Shown one piece after another: positions 43,257 through 57,386 of a stretch of DNA of 64,000 nt. A program made the position numbers and the translations under genes. The notes under the pieces were generated by a model, which saw only the letters and a program-made list of their open reading frames with translations, was not told the origin of the DNA and did no database searches. Numbering within the stretch: the stretch's first letter is position 1; the number at the start of each line of letters is the position of its first letter. Origin of the DNA: Phaeosaccion multiseriatum (Eukaryota > Protista > Ochrophyta, other classes); assembly GCA_965112735.1 (NCBI GenBank), contig OZ218951.1, positions 1,550,001-1,614,000 on the forward strand. Reading direction: 5' to 3'.

Positions 43257-46200
43257 ACGGAGTCTACACTGCGCGATTCTACCGCAACGGCGAGTGGCAG
43301 GAAATAGTCACCGACACCCGCATCCCCTGCGCCCCCTCGGAGCAGCGACCCGAGGGCATCCTCGGGCCCTCCACCCCTGTCCCCATCTATGGCCGTGCAC
43401 TCAATATGAATGAGATTTGGGTGCCGCTTCTGGAGAAGGCTTATGCGAAGCTGACGGGCAGCTACGAGGGATTAAATGGAGGGTTGCTCGGGGATGCGCT
43501 GGTGGATTTGACGGGCGGGAGTGGGGAGACCATCGATCTGAGGTAAGAGAGGGGGGGGGGGGGGAGGGGAGGGGACGAGAGGGGACGAGAGGGGGCGGGA
43601 GGGGGAGGGGAGCGAGGGCGAGAGGGAGAGGGAGAGAGAGAGAAGAGGGGAAGAGAAGGGAGCGAGAGCGAGAGAGAGAGAAGAGGTGGACAGGGAGGCA
43701 GGGAGGCAGGGAAGGAGGAAGGTCACGTGATGTGTCATTACTCACCTGGCATCCCTGAACTACCAACGCACAGAGAGGAGCCCGCCCTCACCATGGCGCA
43801 GGACAGGCGTCTGTGGGACAAGCTCAAACGCTTCTTGACGTGGGACTACATTGTGGTTGGGGTGGCGACGGACCCCAACAAGGGTCGGAGAGCCATCGAG
43901 AAGAATAGGTTAGTTGGCGGGTCGGGGGGGGGGGGGGCAGATGGATGGGTGACTGACTGACTGACTGACTGACTGACTGACTGACTGACTGACTGACTGA
44001 CTGACTGACTGACTGACTGACTGACTGACTGACTGACGGAATGGATGATACAGCTCGTAAACCACTCCACTTGATGTGTGTCAACAATCCACCACCACCA
44101 CCCCCCCTAAGATCTCAAGCGTTCCTCCTCCTCCCCTGCCCTCCCCCCTACCCCATTTCACCCTATCCCTCCCCACCCACTCCCCCCTCCCCGCTCCCCG
44201 CTCAAACAGCGGCCTGCTGTACAATTGCGCGTACGGCGTGGTGGAGATGGTCGAATCCGACGGCATCTTTCTCGTCCGTGTGCGCAACCCTTGGGCCCTC
44301 GGGTCGTGGGAGGGTGACTGGAGCAACCAATCCGCTCTGTGGGACGATTACTCTGATACATATACGACCATCTCCTCCTCCCAAAGGAACCCCTGGAGGA
44401 GGGACATTAACGATGGCACCTTTTGGATGAACTTCAGAGACTTTACCACGTACTTTGTGACCCTCCATGTGGTGCGGCTGTTTCCGGACGACAAGTTTCG
44501 CCAGTACTGTGTCCATGGCGAGTGGAGGGGCAAGACAGCAGGGGGGATGATGTCTGACAAGAGTAACAACAAAGGGGGCGGCGGCAGCGGTGGAATAGGA
44601 GGTGGCAGCAGCAAACGCGGCAGTAGCATTGGGGGTGGTGGTGGTGGAGGTGATGGTGCTGGCAGGGTCGGGAAGGCGCAGCGAGAGGGGCAGGAGAAGC
44701 TTCAGCAAAGCATCCGCACGCAGACGCAGGTGGACATCAAGGAAGACCACTGCCACACATGGTTCAACAACCCACAATACCGCCTCAGTGCCGCTCAGCC
44801 CTGTGAGGTGTTCATCTCTGTCATGCGACATGAGAAACGCAATGCAGGGGGAGGAGGGGGGGGGGGGGGGGGCGGAGGAGGAGGAGGTATGGGAGTTGGT
44901 GGTTCATCTTCCGCCGCCGTCGCCAAGAACTCGCGCGAGAACTTCCCCATTGCCTTTGAGGTGATTCGCTCCAAGCAGCGCACCACCACGACGACGACGA
45001 CGACCAGCACCAGCCTCAGCAGCAGTAGTCCACCCCAGCGCATCTGGGAGCGTCGATCGGCAGATATTATCGCTGATAGTACCGGATCCACCTTCAGCAG
45101 CGCAGGGCGGAGGGAGGTCCACAAGGCATCTGTGCGGCTCGACCCTCGCTTCACGTACAACGTCATACCCTACCCAAAGGAGGTGGGCAGAGAGGCCAAG
45201 TACGTGTTGCGTGTATGGGCGGCGTGCGACGTGCTCGTGGAGCCCGTGCCGGAAACCTACACGCAGCAGGTACGAATAGGTTGGGGTCAGCAGTTTCAGG
45301 GTTTCCGTTCGTTTGCCGTGTGCGCTTGTTCCGTCCGTCCCGTTCCACACAGAAGGCGCCTGTTACTCGGTCGCTCCTTGGCTCGACTTACGACAGACAG
45401 AGAGACTCTCCATCGATCAATCCCCCCCCCCTTCTTCGATAACCACTGCCAAAACTCAAGCACGCCCACCCTCCACCTCTTTCTTCTCCTCTTTCTACGT
45501 GCTCTAGTCCCACCTAGTAACCAACGAATCAACCAACTGACCAACCCAACAATCCAACCAACCAACCAACCAACCAACCAAGGAAGTAAGGAACCACGGA
45601 ACAAACCAACCAACCAACCAACCATCCCTCCCACACTTTGACCCATTCCTTTCTTTCAGCTGAACGGCAGCTGGGACAGAAGCTCTGAGAGGGACACCGC
45701 AGGAGGGCCGCTAAAGCTGATATCCGACGACAAGTTGGGTGTCAAGAGCAACCCCAAGTGGTGCCAGAACCCACAGTACGTGCTGAGCTTCCCCCCGTAC
45801 TGCAACTACGATGTCGTGGATCTGATGATTGTCTTGAGGCGAAGGTCGTCCGGCTCTGGTAAGGGCAGTATGAGCGGCGGTAAGGGGGGAGGCGGCGGAG
45901 GAGGAGGTGGAGGGGCTGGAGGGGGGGGTGGGGGGTCGTCGTCGTCCAAGAACAGCAGCAGCCACAGCCGTCGTCGGAGCTCCATCACCCACAATGCGAT
46001 GATGGGCTTAGTGGTGGTGAAGGCGGCGCCACCAGAGGTGAAGGTGCAAAAGAGAAGGCAGCCGATGCGCACCAACGCCATGGGAGAGCCTCTGCCACAC
46101 AAGGCGAGCACCCTGCGACGAGTGACCCGCTCCAGGCGAGGAGGAGGAGGAGGAGCAGGAGGAGGAGGAGGAGGAGGAGGAGGAGGAGGAGGAGGAGGAG

Positions 46201-47850
46201 GAGGAGGAGGAGGAGGAGGAGGAGGAGGAGGAGGGGAAGACGGAGGAGGAGGGGGGAGTGGAGGAGGGGGAGGGGGGGAAGAGAAGGGTGCTGATGGCAA
46301 CGGAGGTGGGGGTGGGGGACGTGGTGGGGGTGGAGGAGGTGGCGGAGGACTTGCCGTTCTTCCGGATCGAAAGATTCTCGTGTCGCCCACCGAGTGGTGC
46401 CAAATGAGCGATTACAACAGTCACGAAGCAGCCGCGACCCTCATGCGTGGACTGCGGAAGGATTTCTTGCCGCATGGAATCATGGTGATTCCCACGCTGA
46501 GCGAAAAGGGCATCAAGAGTGGGTACACGCTCGAGGTTCACAGTTCGCATAGGATGGACCTGGAGGAATTGTCGGAGACTAGCAGCAAGACTATTGCGGC
46601 AGACTGGCACAAGGGGTCTGCGGGGGGCAACCATCTGCACCCGGAAACCTGGAAGGCCAACCCGTGCTTCCACTTGAAGCTCAGGACCGACGCGCCCGCC
46701 AAGGTGGGAGGGGGGAGGGACGGACGGACGGACGGACGGAGGGAGGGAGGGAGGGAGGGAGGGAGGGAGGGAGGGAGGGAGGGAGGGAGGGAGGGAGGGA
46801 GGGAGGGAGGGAGGGAGGGAGGGAGGGAGGGAGGGAGGGAGGGAGGGAGGGAGGGAGGGAGGGAGGGAGGGAGGGAGGGAGGGAGGGAGGGAGGGAGGGA
46901 GGGAGGGAGGGAGGGAGGGAGGGAGGGAGGGAGGGAGGGAGGGAGGGAGGGAGGGAGGGAGGGAGGGAGGGAGGGAGGGAGGGAGGGAGGGAGGGAGGGA
47001 GGGAGGGAGGGAGGGAGGGAGGGAGGGAGGGAGGGAGGGAGGGAGGGAGGGAGGGAGGGAGGGAGGGAGGGAGGGGAGGGAGGGAGGGGGGGGAGGGGGG
47101 AGGGAGGGAGGGAGGGAGAGTGTGGGTGGATCCGTGCCGCGCTTCACCGTTCGTCGAGTCGGCGCTGCGCTGATTCTCTGTGTGTTTCTCACTGTGTCTC
47201 TCTGTCCATTTGTACTCGAACATACACATACACACACGCAGGTCAAAATCACGCTCTCCCGACCGGCGGGCAGCGAATGGAAGCGCGAGTGCGCCAAAGA
47301 CGGTGTCGGCAGCATGATTGGCTTCTACATTATCCGAGGCACCAGCGTCACTCGGCAGCAAGGCTCCATAACGTACAATGGAGAGCCGTGGGATGAGTCC
47401 GCCTTCGTCCCCACCGATACAGTGTCTACGCCACCCGGCTTCGTGTTAGAGCCTTATGCCGAGGATGATGTGTTTGTCATCATGCCGACCACCTTCTCCC
47501 CGGATAGGTTTGGGCCCTTCTTTCTCAGCGTGGCCACTGACGTGGACTTTAGCTTTAAAAGAGAGCATCGGACGAGCGCGACGGGCGGGGGTGGGAGTAG
47601 TTCGAAGCAGCAGCAAGGGCAGCAGCAGGGGTTGCAACAGGGGCATCGCGGGAGCGGGGTTGGATCACCGCCGACGCTGCAGCAGGCGCAGGTTTCCGGG
47701 GGGGGCACGGCAGGTAAGCTGGCGGCCGCGACGACGACGACCACAGACGCTGCTGCTGTTGCTGCTGCTGCTGCTGCTACTGAGGGTGGAGGTGGTGGTG
47801 GTGGTGGTGGTGGTGGTGGTGGTGGTGGTGGTGAAGCCAGCGGGGCGTGA
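42287..47850 (+). CDS. Calpain-like protein (CysPc + three domain-III/C2-like modules), predicted catalytically inactive, 7 exons
   Basis: Exons 42287-42432, 42738-42981, 43255-43542, 43774-43908, 44210-45269, 45660-46703, 47242-47850. Motifs IRWCRP, GVYTARFYRNGEW, EIWVPLLEKAYAKLTGSYEGLNGG, ALVDLTGG, VRVRNPW, DGTFWM, and three W..(T/S)AGG...W..NP modules. Confidence 0.92.
43950..44037. repeat. (TGAC)n microsatellite, intronic
   Basis: Directly visible. Confidence 0.95.
46738..47117. repeat. (GGGA)n microsatellite, intronic, in the calpain gene
   Basis: Directly visible. Confidence 0.95.
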
Positions 47851-48548
47851 AGCAAGAGTGGATGCATCGTGAATCGTGAGGAGCGAGGCGAGCGAAGTAG
47901 GCAGAGAAGCAAGTAGGCCCCAATCTCTCTCCAAGTCCTCGGTCCTCGAGGGACAGAACCTCAGAGATCCTCAAGTCAAACCCTGTCTTACTTGTGGCTG
48001 TGTTGAACAAAAAAAGGGGAAAAAAAGAAGGAAACTTTATTGACTTAATAGGAATCACCTAAGAAAAAAAGAAGGATGGAGGGACGAATGTATGGCCCGG
48101 TTTGCCATTTCAGTTGCCTTTCGAAACCCAAGGGGGCTATTGTCACCAAATCCCCCTCCCCTCCACCTACTTCAGCAATAAAGGGAAGAAGGAGGCACGC
48201 GGTGCTTAGAACTGCCTGCACGAGGACTCAGACGGTGGCGAGAATGGCGAAGCAGAGGAAAGACTGATTGGCTGGGGCTCTGCCGTCCGCCAAACAGGCA
48301 GAGAACAGCAGTAAAGGGAGGGGGGGGGGAGAAGGGGAGGATGGAAAGTAAGTAATAATAGGCCATGTAGGGCGAGGCGATGGCTCAGAGGGGCTGATAC
48401 TGAGGACGATAGGATTTCCCCACCCCACCCCCTTTTAGAGGGACAGAAAGAATATTTTTTCAGTTCAATAGGGCACTCTGGAGGGGGAAAGGGGGAGGGG
48501 GAGAGGGGGGCTGAGGGGACAAAGGACCAGCCTAGCTCTTGTGGAGAC

Positions 48549-48589
48549 ATGGCGGGGCTTTCAGAGCAACAGCTCCAAGAGCTTCAAAT

Positions 48590-48620
<31 letters not shown>

Positions 48621-50173
48621 CAACAACAACAACAACAACAGCAACCACAGCAGCCACAACAACAACAGCAGCAGCAGCCGCAGCAGCAGCAACAGCAACA
48701 GCAGCAGGTGGGCTTTATGGGGATGACAGGTGCTGGGGGGACAGCAGGGGCGGGGGGCATGGGAGGGGGCTTACTTTCTCCTCAACAGCAGCAGCAGCAG
48801 CAACAACAACTGCGTACCCAGGTTCGCCATCTCCAGCAGCAGCAGCAGCTCCAACAGCGCCAAGCCATGCTCAAAGCCATGGGGCAGCAGCAGCAACAAC
48901 AACAGCAGCAGATGGGCTTTATGAATCATCCCCTGGGGCTGGCGGCTCAGCGGCCTGGACAACCCTCAGGGCAGGCGTCAGGGACGGCAGCAGCAGGGAC
49001 AGGCGGGGGTGGAGGCGGAGGAGGAGGAGCAGCAGCAGCAGCAGCAGGAGGAGGAGGAGGAGGAGGAGGAGGAGGTCCTGCTGCCTTGAATGGCATTTCG
49101 GGAACGTCTCCTGAAGTCCCGAGCCTGATGCGCGATCGAAGCAATAGTTCCGCGTCTGCAGGGGGGGGAGACGGCAGCAGCGGCGTGGGGAGTGATGGTG
49201 GGGCACATGTTGGCAACAGGGCGTGGGGGATGATGGCGCTAAAGCAGCAGCAGCAGCAGCGGGGTTTGAATGATTACATGACGAAAGGGGTTGCAGCTGC
49301 GGCTGGTTTTTACAACAACGTCGGTCAGCAGCAGTCCAGACAACAGCCGCAGCAGCAGCCGCAGGGGAGTGTGTCTGGTGGCGTGACGCTCACACCTCAG
49401 CAAAAGCAGCAGCAGCAGCAGGCTAGGATGGCGACGTTTGGGTCCCTCACCCTGACCCAACTTCAGGTCATATCTCAGATGCGAGGCATCCCTCTGCAGA
49501 CCCTTTTGACCATGCAAACCCACGTCCGCAATCAGTCCCAGCAGCAGCAGCAGCAGGCCTTGCAGCAAGCGCAGGCGCAGGCCGGTCTAGCTGAGAACAT
49601 GGTCAATGCAATGGGCACGTTGGGCAACCAGACGTCATCGTCAAGGGCTGGCACGCCGCTTCTTGGAGACCCTGGGGGGCAGCAGCAGGGGCAGCAGCAG
49701 GGGCAGCAAATGCTTATGAATCAGTACAGTGGTTCTGCGGCGCTTATGGGAGGAGCGGTTGATGGCAGTGGCGGTGGCGGCTCCTCCGCCAACGGAGAAG
49801 GCAACCCACTCAACAACGCCAGTGGAGGAGATGCAATCATGAAGAGGTTGAGGCAGCAGCTCCTGCAGTTGCAGCAGCAGCAAACAGCGGTAGCAGCAGC
49901 AGCAGCAGCGGCGGCGGCAGGGGGGGGGGGGGGAGGAGGAGGCACGGGGGGGGGCACTATTCAACAGCAGCAGGAGGTCCAAATGCAGCAGATGCGGGCC
50001 TTGCAACAGGCGAGGATGCAGCAGCAATTGCAGCAGAAGATGATGATCCTCCGCCAGATGCAAGCCCGTCAGCAGCAGCTCCAGCAGATGCAGCAGCAGG
50101 GGCAGGGGGGGCTCGCTGGCTCGGGTAGCGGGCAAGGGGGGATCTCTGCTTCTGGAGGCTCATCCGGTTCAGC

Positions 50174-50205
<32 letters not shown>

Positions 50206-53200
50206 ATGCCTCCGTGAAGCCATCTGGGGAAACACCGTCCGATGGGGCACCGCCACCGGGGCAGGAGGGGGAGGAGGCGGCACAGCAAGGGACGCAGGGG
50301 CAGGGGCAGCAGGGACAGGCGGTGGTCGCTACTCCTCCGCAGGCGCAAGCGCCGCTTCAACCGCAGCAACAGCAGCAGCTACAGCACATGATGACGGAAG
50401 CACAGCAGCAGTTAGAAATCATGCACCGGCGCTTCCAGCGAGAGCAAGCGGCTTTACGCGACCAAGTGTCCACGGGTAAGTGCAACCTGGCCCAGGCCAA
50501 GCAGCTGTCGCACGTGCAATACATGAGGTACAAGCAAGCCGTGGATCAGCTCACATCTGCCTTTCAGATTCAGCAGCAAATACTCGTGCAAATGTCTGCA
50601 GCAGCGGTTGCAGGAGCCGCAGGAGGAGGAGCAGTAGGAGCGAGGGGCGTTGGAGCGGTTGGTGGGGTGTCGCCCTCCGCAGCAGCACGCGGGGGGCTTG
50701 CTCCAGGAGGCGTGGCAGGACTAACGGCGCAGCAGCAGCAGCAGCAGAACTTGCTACGGCTAAGGCAGCAGGGGCAGGCTCAGGCTCAGGCGCAGTTCCA
50801 GCAGCGGATTCAGCAGCAGCAGGCGCAGCAGGAGCAGTTGCTGCTCCAACAGCAGCAGCTACAGCAGCAGCAGGAGCTGGCAGCGCTACAAGGATCAGGG
50901 CGGCAGAATTCCTCGGCAGAAGACGGAAATGGTGCAGGTGCGGTAGTTGGTGACACGGTATCTTCTGAACCGGGTAGTGCTTCTCAGCAGCAAGCAGCAG
51001 GAGGGGGAGGAGAGGCAAGGGGAGGAGGGGCGGTGGGACTATGGCAAGGGCAAGACACCCTCAATGCCGACGCCGACCAACCCATGCCTATAGATGGAGG
51101 AGGGGGAGGAGGGGGTGCTGTACAACAGGGCAAGGACACGGACAAGAAGGAGGAGACAGCCAAAGAAACAGGGCAAGGCAAAGGGGAGGCAGGAGGAGAA
51201 GGAGGGGGAGCAGCAGCAGCAGCAGCAGCAGGAGCAGGAGGGGGGACAGGAGCAGGAGCAGCAGGAGGAGGAGGAGGAGGAGGAGGAGGAGGAGGAGCAG
51301 GAGGGGGAGACGGCGACGGGGATGGAGGGGGGGTGGGCTGGGCGGCAGCGTCGACTTCGGATGGAATAATTCGCTCTTTGTCTTGCAGCTCCATCCCCAC
51401 TCCCTTGGACGAGTTGTTGAACACGGAGGAGCAGTGGTGGGGCGATGGAGACGACATGGAAATGATGTGCTCTCTGGACCTCGACATGTACAATGATGAT
51501 GCCCCTGCAGGAGAGGGAGGAGGAGGAGGGGGAGGAGGAGGAGGAGGAGGAGGAGGAGGAGGAGGAGGAGGAGGAGGAGGGGTGGTGGACATAGAGGACG
51601 GAGAGAAGGAGAGCAGCAGCGAGAAGGTGGAGGAGGTGGGTATTTTTGGTAATAGTGGCGACGGGGACGGCGATCAGTCTATCAAGGATGTCGGAGGGGA
51701 TGAAAAAACTGCGATGATGGATATGGTTTTTGACACGGGTGAGCAGGGGGGCGAAGCAGCGGCCACGAAGGAGGGGGTCGACAGTGTAGAAGCAGAGAAG
51801 GAGGACGACAAGCAGCTGGAGCAACAACAACAACAGCAGCAGCAGCAGCAGCAGCAGAAGCAACAACAGCAGCAATCGCTTCATCCCCAGCAGCAGCAGC
51901 AGCAGCAGCAGCCGCCGCTCCTGATGCAGCAACAGTTTTTGCAGCAACAGCAGCAGTTCTCTCAACAGCAACAACATCTCACGCCACAGCAGCAACTCCT
52001 CCTGCGACAGAGACAGCAATTGCAGTTCCAACAAGGTCTTCAGCTTCAGCAGCAGCAGCAGCTCCTTCAACTCAGGCAGCAGCAGCAGCAGCTGGCGATA
52101 CAGCAGCAGCAGCAGTCTGGGGGTATCGGCTCGTCGACTTCTTTGTCGGGCCTACCCATCACTACCACTGCTGCTTCTGTTGCTGCTCCGTCTTCAGAGC
52201 CCACACTTGCTGGTCTCTCTGGTATCATGTCCTCTGTACCACCAACTGACTTGGCAAGTGCAAGCGTTGTGGAGCAACAGACCGCCAAAGTCGCGATTGT
52301 GCCCCCCGGTGGGCTGCCATCCAATGCCGGTCTCTCTGCCATCATGGTCTCTCTGCAAGCAGGGGCATGTGGTGGGGCTGGGGCGGGGGGGGCGGGACCA
52401 CTTGGTGCAGCAACACTTTGTGCAGCAGTTGGTGATACAGCAGTAGCGGCAGCAGACTCTCTAGGAGCGGGGAAGGACGCAGGAGGAGGAGGAGTTGGTG
52501 ATACAGCAGCGGTGGGTGGAGGTGGCGAGGCAGGAGGAGAGGCGTCCGGGATGGGTCTGGGTGGCGGGAGCAAGGGCGTGCAGCAATGGGGGGAGGAGAA
52601 GCTCGATGATGACGATGCAGACGTGTTCCTTGCGGCGTACGGGACTAGGCTAGACCTTGACGTGGATATGGGAGGCTTGATCGACGAAGGTGCCTCACCC
52701 GCATGTGGGGGAGGAGGTGGAGACGGAGGAGGAGGAGGAGGAGGAGGAGGAGGAGGAGGAGGAGGAGGAGGAGGAGGAGGAGGAAAGGCGCAGGATGAGA
52801 TGGCGATGGACAAGACAGGGCGAGGAGGAGGGGCCGGAGCCGGAGCCACGTCAGCAGCAGACAAGGGAGAGAAGTCGAGAATTTCCGCCCGGAACGCGCG
52901 CTTGCGGCGACAGGCCTTTATTTCCAAGCTGGAGGACATTTCTGGCGAGTTGGAGAAGCGAACAGCAGAGACTGTTCGCCGGAGACGACAGGCGTTGAGG
53001 GCGGAAGAGGCTCGGCAGATGAGGATGAAGGAGGTGGCCACGGATGTGCTCCGCATGTGGTGGTCAGGGGACACCGACCTGGCCAAGCTGGACAGGCTTA
53101 TTAGTGACGATGTCAGTCTCACCATCTGCCCACAGCTGCAGCAGATGCGCTACTCTCCGCCGTGTGCGCAGCCCGTCCTGCGGGGCAGTGGTGCCAGTGG

Positions 53201-56200
53201 TAGTACTGCCGTATCACCAACCGTCACAGCCCCAGCTACGGTTACACCACCGGCACCGGCAGGACCAAGAGGAACAAGAGGCGGCGGCAGCAGCAGGAGC
53301 AGCGGTAGGGGCGTCGGCGGCGGTGGTGGTGGCGTGCGTGGCGACGCCCGGTCGTCGGACTCGGAGCACGAACCGGACCAGGGTCCAAACCCGCCAATAC
53401 GCTGCGTGCTACAGGGGAAGAAGGCTTTTGTAGCGGATGTGTTGGGGGAGCATGTGTTGTGTGAGACGCTTGGGCACAAAACATCGGTGGGGAGTCTCAA
53501 GTTGCGCTTCTCCGTCAAGGTAGACAGTTGGGGAGTGGCAGAGCAGCAGGTGATGGGATTTTGGAGGGCCAAGACTGAGAATGCGGTCATTTGTGGAGCA
53601 AGAAAAGAAGTGGAGGTAAGAAGAATGGGTGGCTGTTTTGTACGTGGTTGCGTGTGTGGAGGTATATACTTCTCCCGAAGGGTTCCCGAAGGGTTCCCGA
53701 AGGGTTCCCGAAGGGCGGAGGGGGCTGGTGGGGTGGGGTGGGAGGAGGAGGGAGGGAGGAAGGGAGGGAGGGAGGTGGGTGGGTGAACCCGAAGCTCGCA
53801 AGCGAATGGCCTTGTTACTTGAGTAAGGAACCTGCTTGCCGCGTCCACGACAAATCTCCACTCCCATCTTCCACTTCTGAGTACAGTCTCCAATCATGGA
53901 CCCCCCTTTCCCCCCTCCTCTCTGCCCCCTTGGCTTGGCTTGGATGGACAGGCCTCTGGGATACTTCGGGTACGATTCCGACCCGACGCAGCAGTTGGTG
54001 ATACAATACGGGGACAAGGGGTAGAGGGAGGAGAGGGGGAAGCAGAGGTAGGGAGCAGTGCTGCTGCGGTTGGCGCCCGTGATGCCAGCATCAGGCAAAA
54101 GCGGAAGGCACCGGAAGGAGAAGAAGCTGCTGGTGGAGATGCAGCAGCAGCAGCAGCAGTACCAGCAGTAGCAGTTGGTGATACAGTAGAGGAGAGGGGC
54201 GAGGGGGGGGAGGTGAACAAGATTGATGCCAGCAACGGTGGGACCGAGATCGATAGTGGCGGTGGGGACACTTCAGTTGGTGAAACGGCAGCAGTGCAAG
54301 CCGACGAGGGGGGAGGAGCAGCACCTCCTGCTAAGCGAGGCAAGGGAAAGGGGGGGGGGTCATTCTCGGCCACTGTTCCTGTTCCAGCCAGAGGTGGTGG
54401 TGGTCGTAGTAGTGGTGGTGAGGCAGGCGGTAGCGGAGCGAGCTCTCCCTCCTCTCCCTCCTCGGATAAGGGCACCCGTGGCGCGATTAGAACTCGACGC
54501 CAGAGTGCCCGTGGTGGGGGGAAGGGAGCAAAGGCTGCTGGTGGGGGGGGCGGGGGTAGCGGTGCTGGCGAAGGGAAGGAGAAGGAAGGCGGGCAACAAC
54601 CCGAGCCAGAAGCAGAGGCAGGAGCAGAGGCTGTGTCTGTGAAGCAGGCGCAGCAACAGCGGCAGAAGGAGGAGAAGGAGAAGAAGAAGAAGAAGAAGAA
54701 GAAGGAGGAGGAGGAGGAGGAGGGGAAGAAGAAGAAGGAGGAGAAAAAGGAGAAGGAGAAGGAGGGGGAGGAGGGGAAGAAGAAGGAGGAAGAGAAAAAG
54801 AAGGAGAACGAGAAAGAGGGGGAGGATGGGAAGAAGAAGGAGGAGGAGAAAAAGAAGAAGAAGGAGGAGGAGAAGGAGGAGTCGGATGTGAGGGCCAGAG
54901 AGGTGGAAATCATGTTTGATGTGACCGCGTTTCAAAAGGATGTGGAAGTGGCCTTCAACATCGGGCTTACTCAGGTGCGATCGTTGTGTGTGAATGTATG
55001 TGTAGATAGATGGGCGGATAAAGAGAGGGGGAGATGGATGGATGAATAGATGGAGGCGATGTTATCATAGAACAAGCGAGCCTTAGATCCACGTTTTCAT
55101 GCATGAATTAACATCAGCTCACTGCCCCCCCCCCCCCCCCTCACACACACACACACACACACACGCACGCACATGCGGGTGCACACACACACATATGTGA
55201 CTTTACCGGACTGACACCAGGTACCGAACACAGAAGCCAATATCAGGGCGGAGACTTCCCAAGCGCGCCTTCTGATTGCCCTTCCCAAGACGGAGGAAAG
55301 TGGGTCACCGGCACACCCAAGCGTAGACACATGTTCTGCACATGTGGCGTACCTCAACCGGGCCATGACCGAACGGACAGGGTGGAGGGAAGAGGCGGTG
55401 TTGCAGAAGAGCGCTGCGGTACTGTTCGTGGACAAGGAGGAGGAGGAGGAGGAGGAGGAGGTGGTGGTGGAGAAGGAGGAGGAGAAGGGAGGAGGGGCAG
55501 GGGCGGAGGGGATGGTAGTGGATGTAGAAGGAGGAGGAGAGGAGGGAGGAAGAGGAGGAGGAGGGGGAGGGGGAAAGGGGGCGGCAAAGGCAGGCCCATT
55601 AAAGGGGAAAGCGAGAGGATCACCGGCATATGGGTATGTCGCGGAGGCACCCACGGCCAATGCGCTGTCGTTTGTGGCATCGCTGGTAGAGTCTGGAAGG
55701 GAGCTTCGGCCGATGTGGGTGGCATTGCCGCCCAGGCGGGAGGGGAAGGATTCTGAATACAATGCTTACGCGGTAAGAGATGTGTGCGAATTACAAGGCA
55801 ACAGGGGAGGCAGGTGGTGGAGCGGGAGGAGGAGCAGTGGTAGGGAGTGAAGGAAGAGGGGGGGGGGGGTCGGGCAAAGATGGGGAGGGAGAAGGAGTGG
55901 AGGGGAGGAAGGAGAGCGCCAATCACCTCGCGCTACTTTCTTCTTTCATATACTCGAGTGCTTGCCGAGTAAGCATGAAGGACACACACGCACACAAACT
56001 CACACACACACACACACTGCACACCCTCTGTCCTCTCTCTCTCTCTCTGCCAGGCTGTGTATCCAATGTGCTTAGAGACGCAAACCGACGGATCGAGAGA
56101 CCCTGTTGTCACCCACGTGCTGCTGGTGCTGCACGGTGTGGATGGCACTGTATGGCAGAGCATCGCAGACACCGTTCTGGAGATGGCAGTCTTTTTGCGG

Positions 56201-57323
56201 CGCAAGGTGGAGAGAACGATCGTCGCCAACCCTGCCTTTAGAGACAGCATCGTTCTAAAGGATCTCAAGCAGCTGCTGGACGATGTGTTGGCGTGCAAGA
56301 GGAAGGGTAGTGGGAGAGGGGAAGGGGGTGGAGCAGTGGTAGGGGTGGCGGCCGATGGACATGATGTTGATGATGGTGATGGTGAGGATGATGATGTTGT
56401 TGTTGTTGGCGACGGCGATGAAGAGACGGAGGAGGAGCACGCGCACAAGCTCGTACAGAGGTGGGTGGGGTGTGTGGGAGGATGGGCGGGTGGGTAAGGG
56501 TGTGCGTGTGATGACCGACTGAGGGCTAGCAAGTCTTCCCCAATCGGCCCATGCCTGTCTGGGACGGGGAGATGATGTGTTGTGTGTAGGGAGGGTAGTA
56601 AGGCATTGCTGCGGGCCCCCTGTGGGCTTTCTGCATGCTTCCTTCTGTGGCCTGAAATGTGCCGCCGGTGCTCAACTCAAGTTTCCCCCGTTCCCCCTTT
56701 TGTCCCTTTTGCTTCTCTTACCAATCAAGAAAGTCTACGTCTTTCCTTCTCTGACTCTCCCTTTCTCTCTCTCTCTCTCTCTTTCTGGCCCTTCTCTCTC
56801 GCCCCCACGGCTGTGTGTCCACCCCTTTTCACAACTGTCAGATTGACAGCGGTGTACCACAACCTGTGTCTGCGGGACCGCCAGCTGAGAACCCAACCCA
56901 AAGTCGACTCTGCCGTCACAGTCAAAGTAGAGGACGAGGCGAGCAACAATAGCAACGAGGGGAAGGCGGTAGCAGCATCAGCAGCGCCAGCAGCGTCAGA
57001 CGCCGGGGGTGAGGCCAAGGAGGACAAGGAGGGCAGGCAGGGCGGCAGCGATACAGCAGTTGGTGATACAGCATCCTCAGAAGGCGGAGAGGCGGGCAGA
57101 ACGAGCAGGTCTGTCAGCGGTAGCAGCAGCAGGGCTGGCAGCGGCATTGGACAAATTAGTTACCTGGACCAGAACCGCTGCAGCGATGGGCGAAGTGAGA
57201 TGAGGGAACGCTTGCATTCCTCTCTCTCTCGGGAGGAGGAAGCCGAAGCCGCCGCCTGTGCCGGTAGTGGAGACGTGGAGGGGTCCACAATCAAGTGTCT
57301 GGCCAAGAACATGCGGTGCGTGG

Positions 57324-57386
<63 letters not shown>

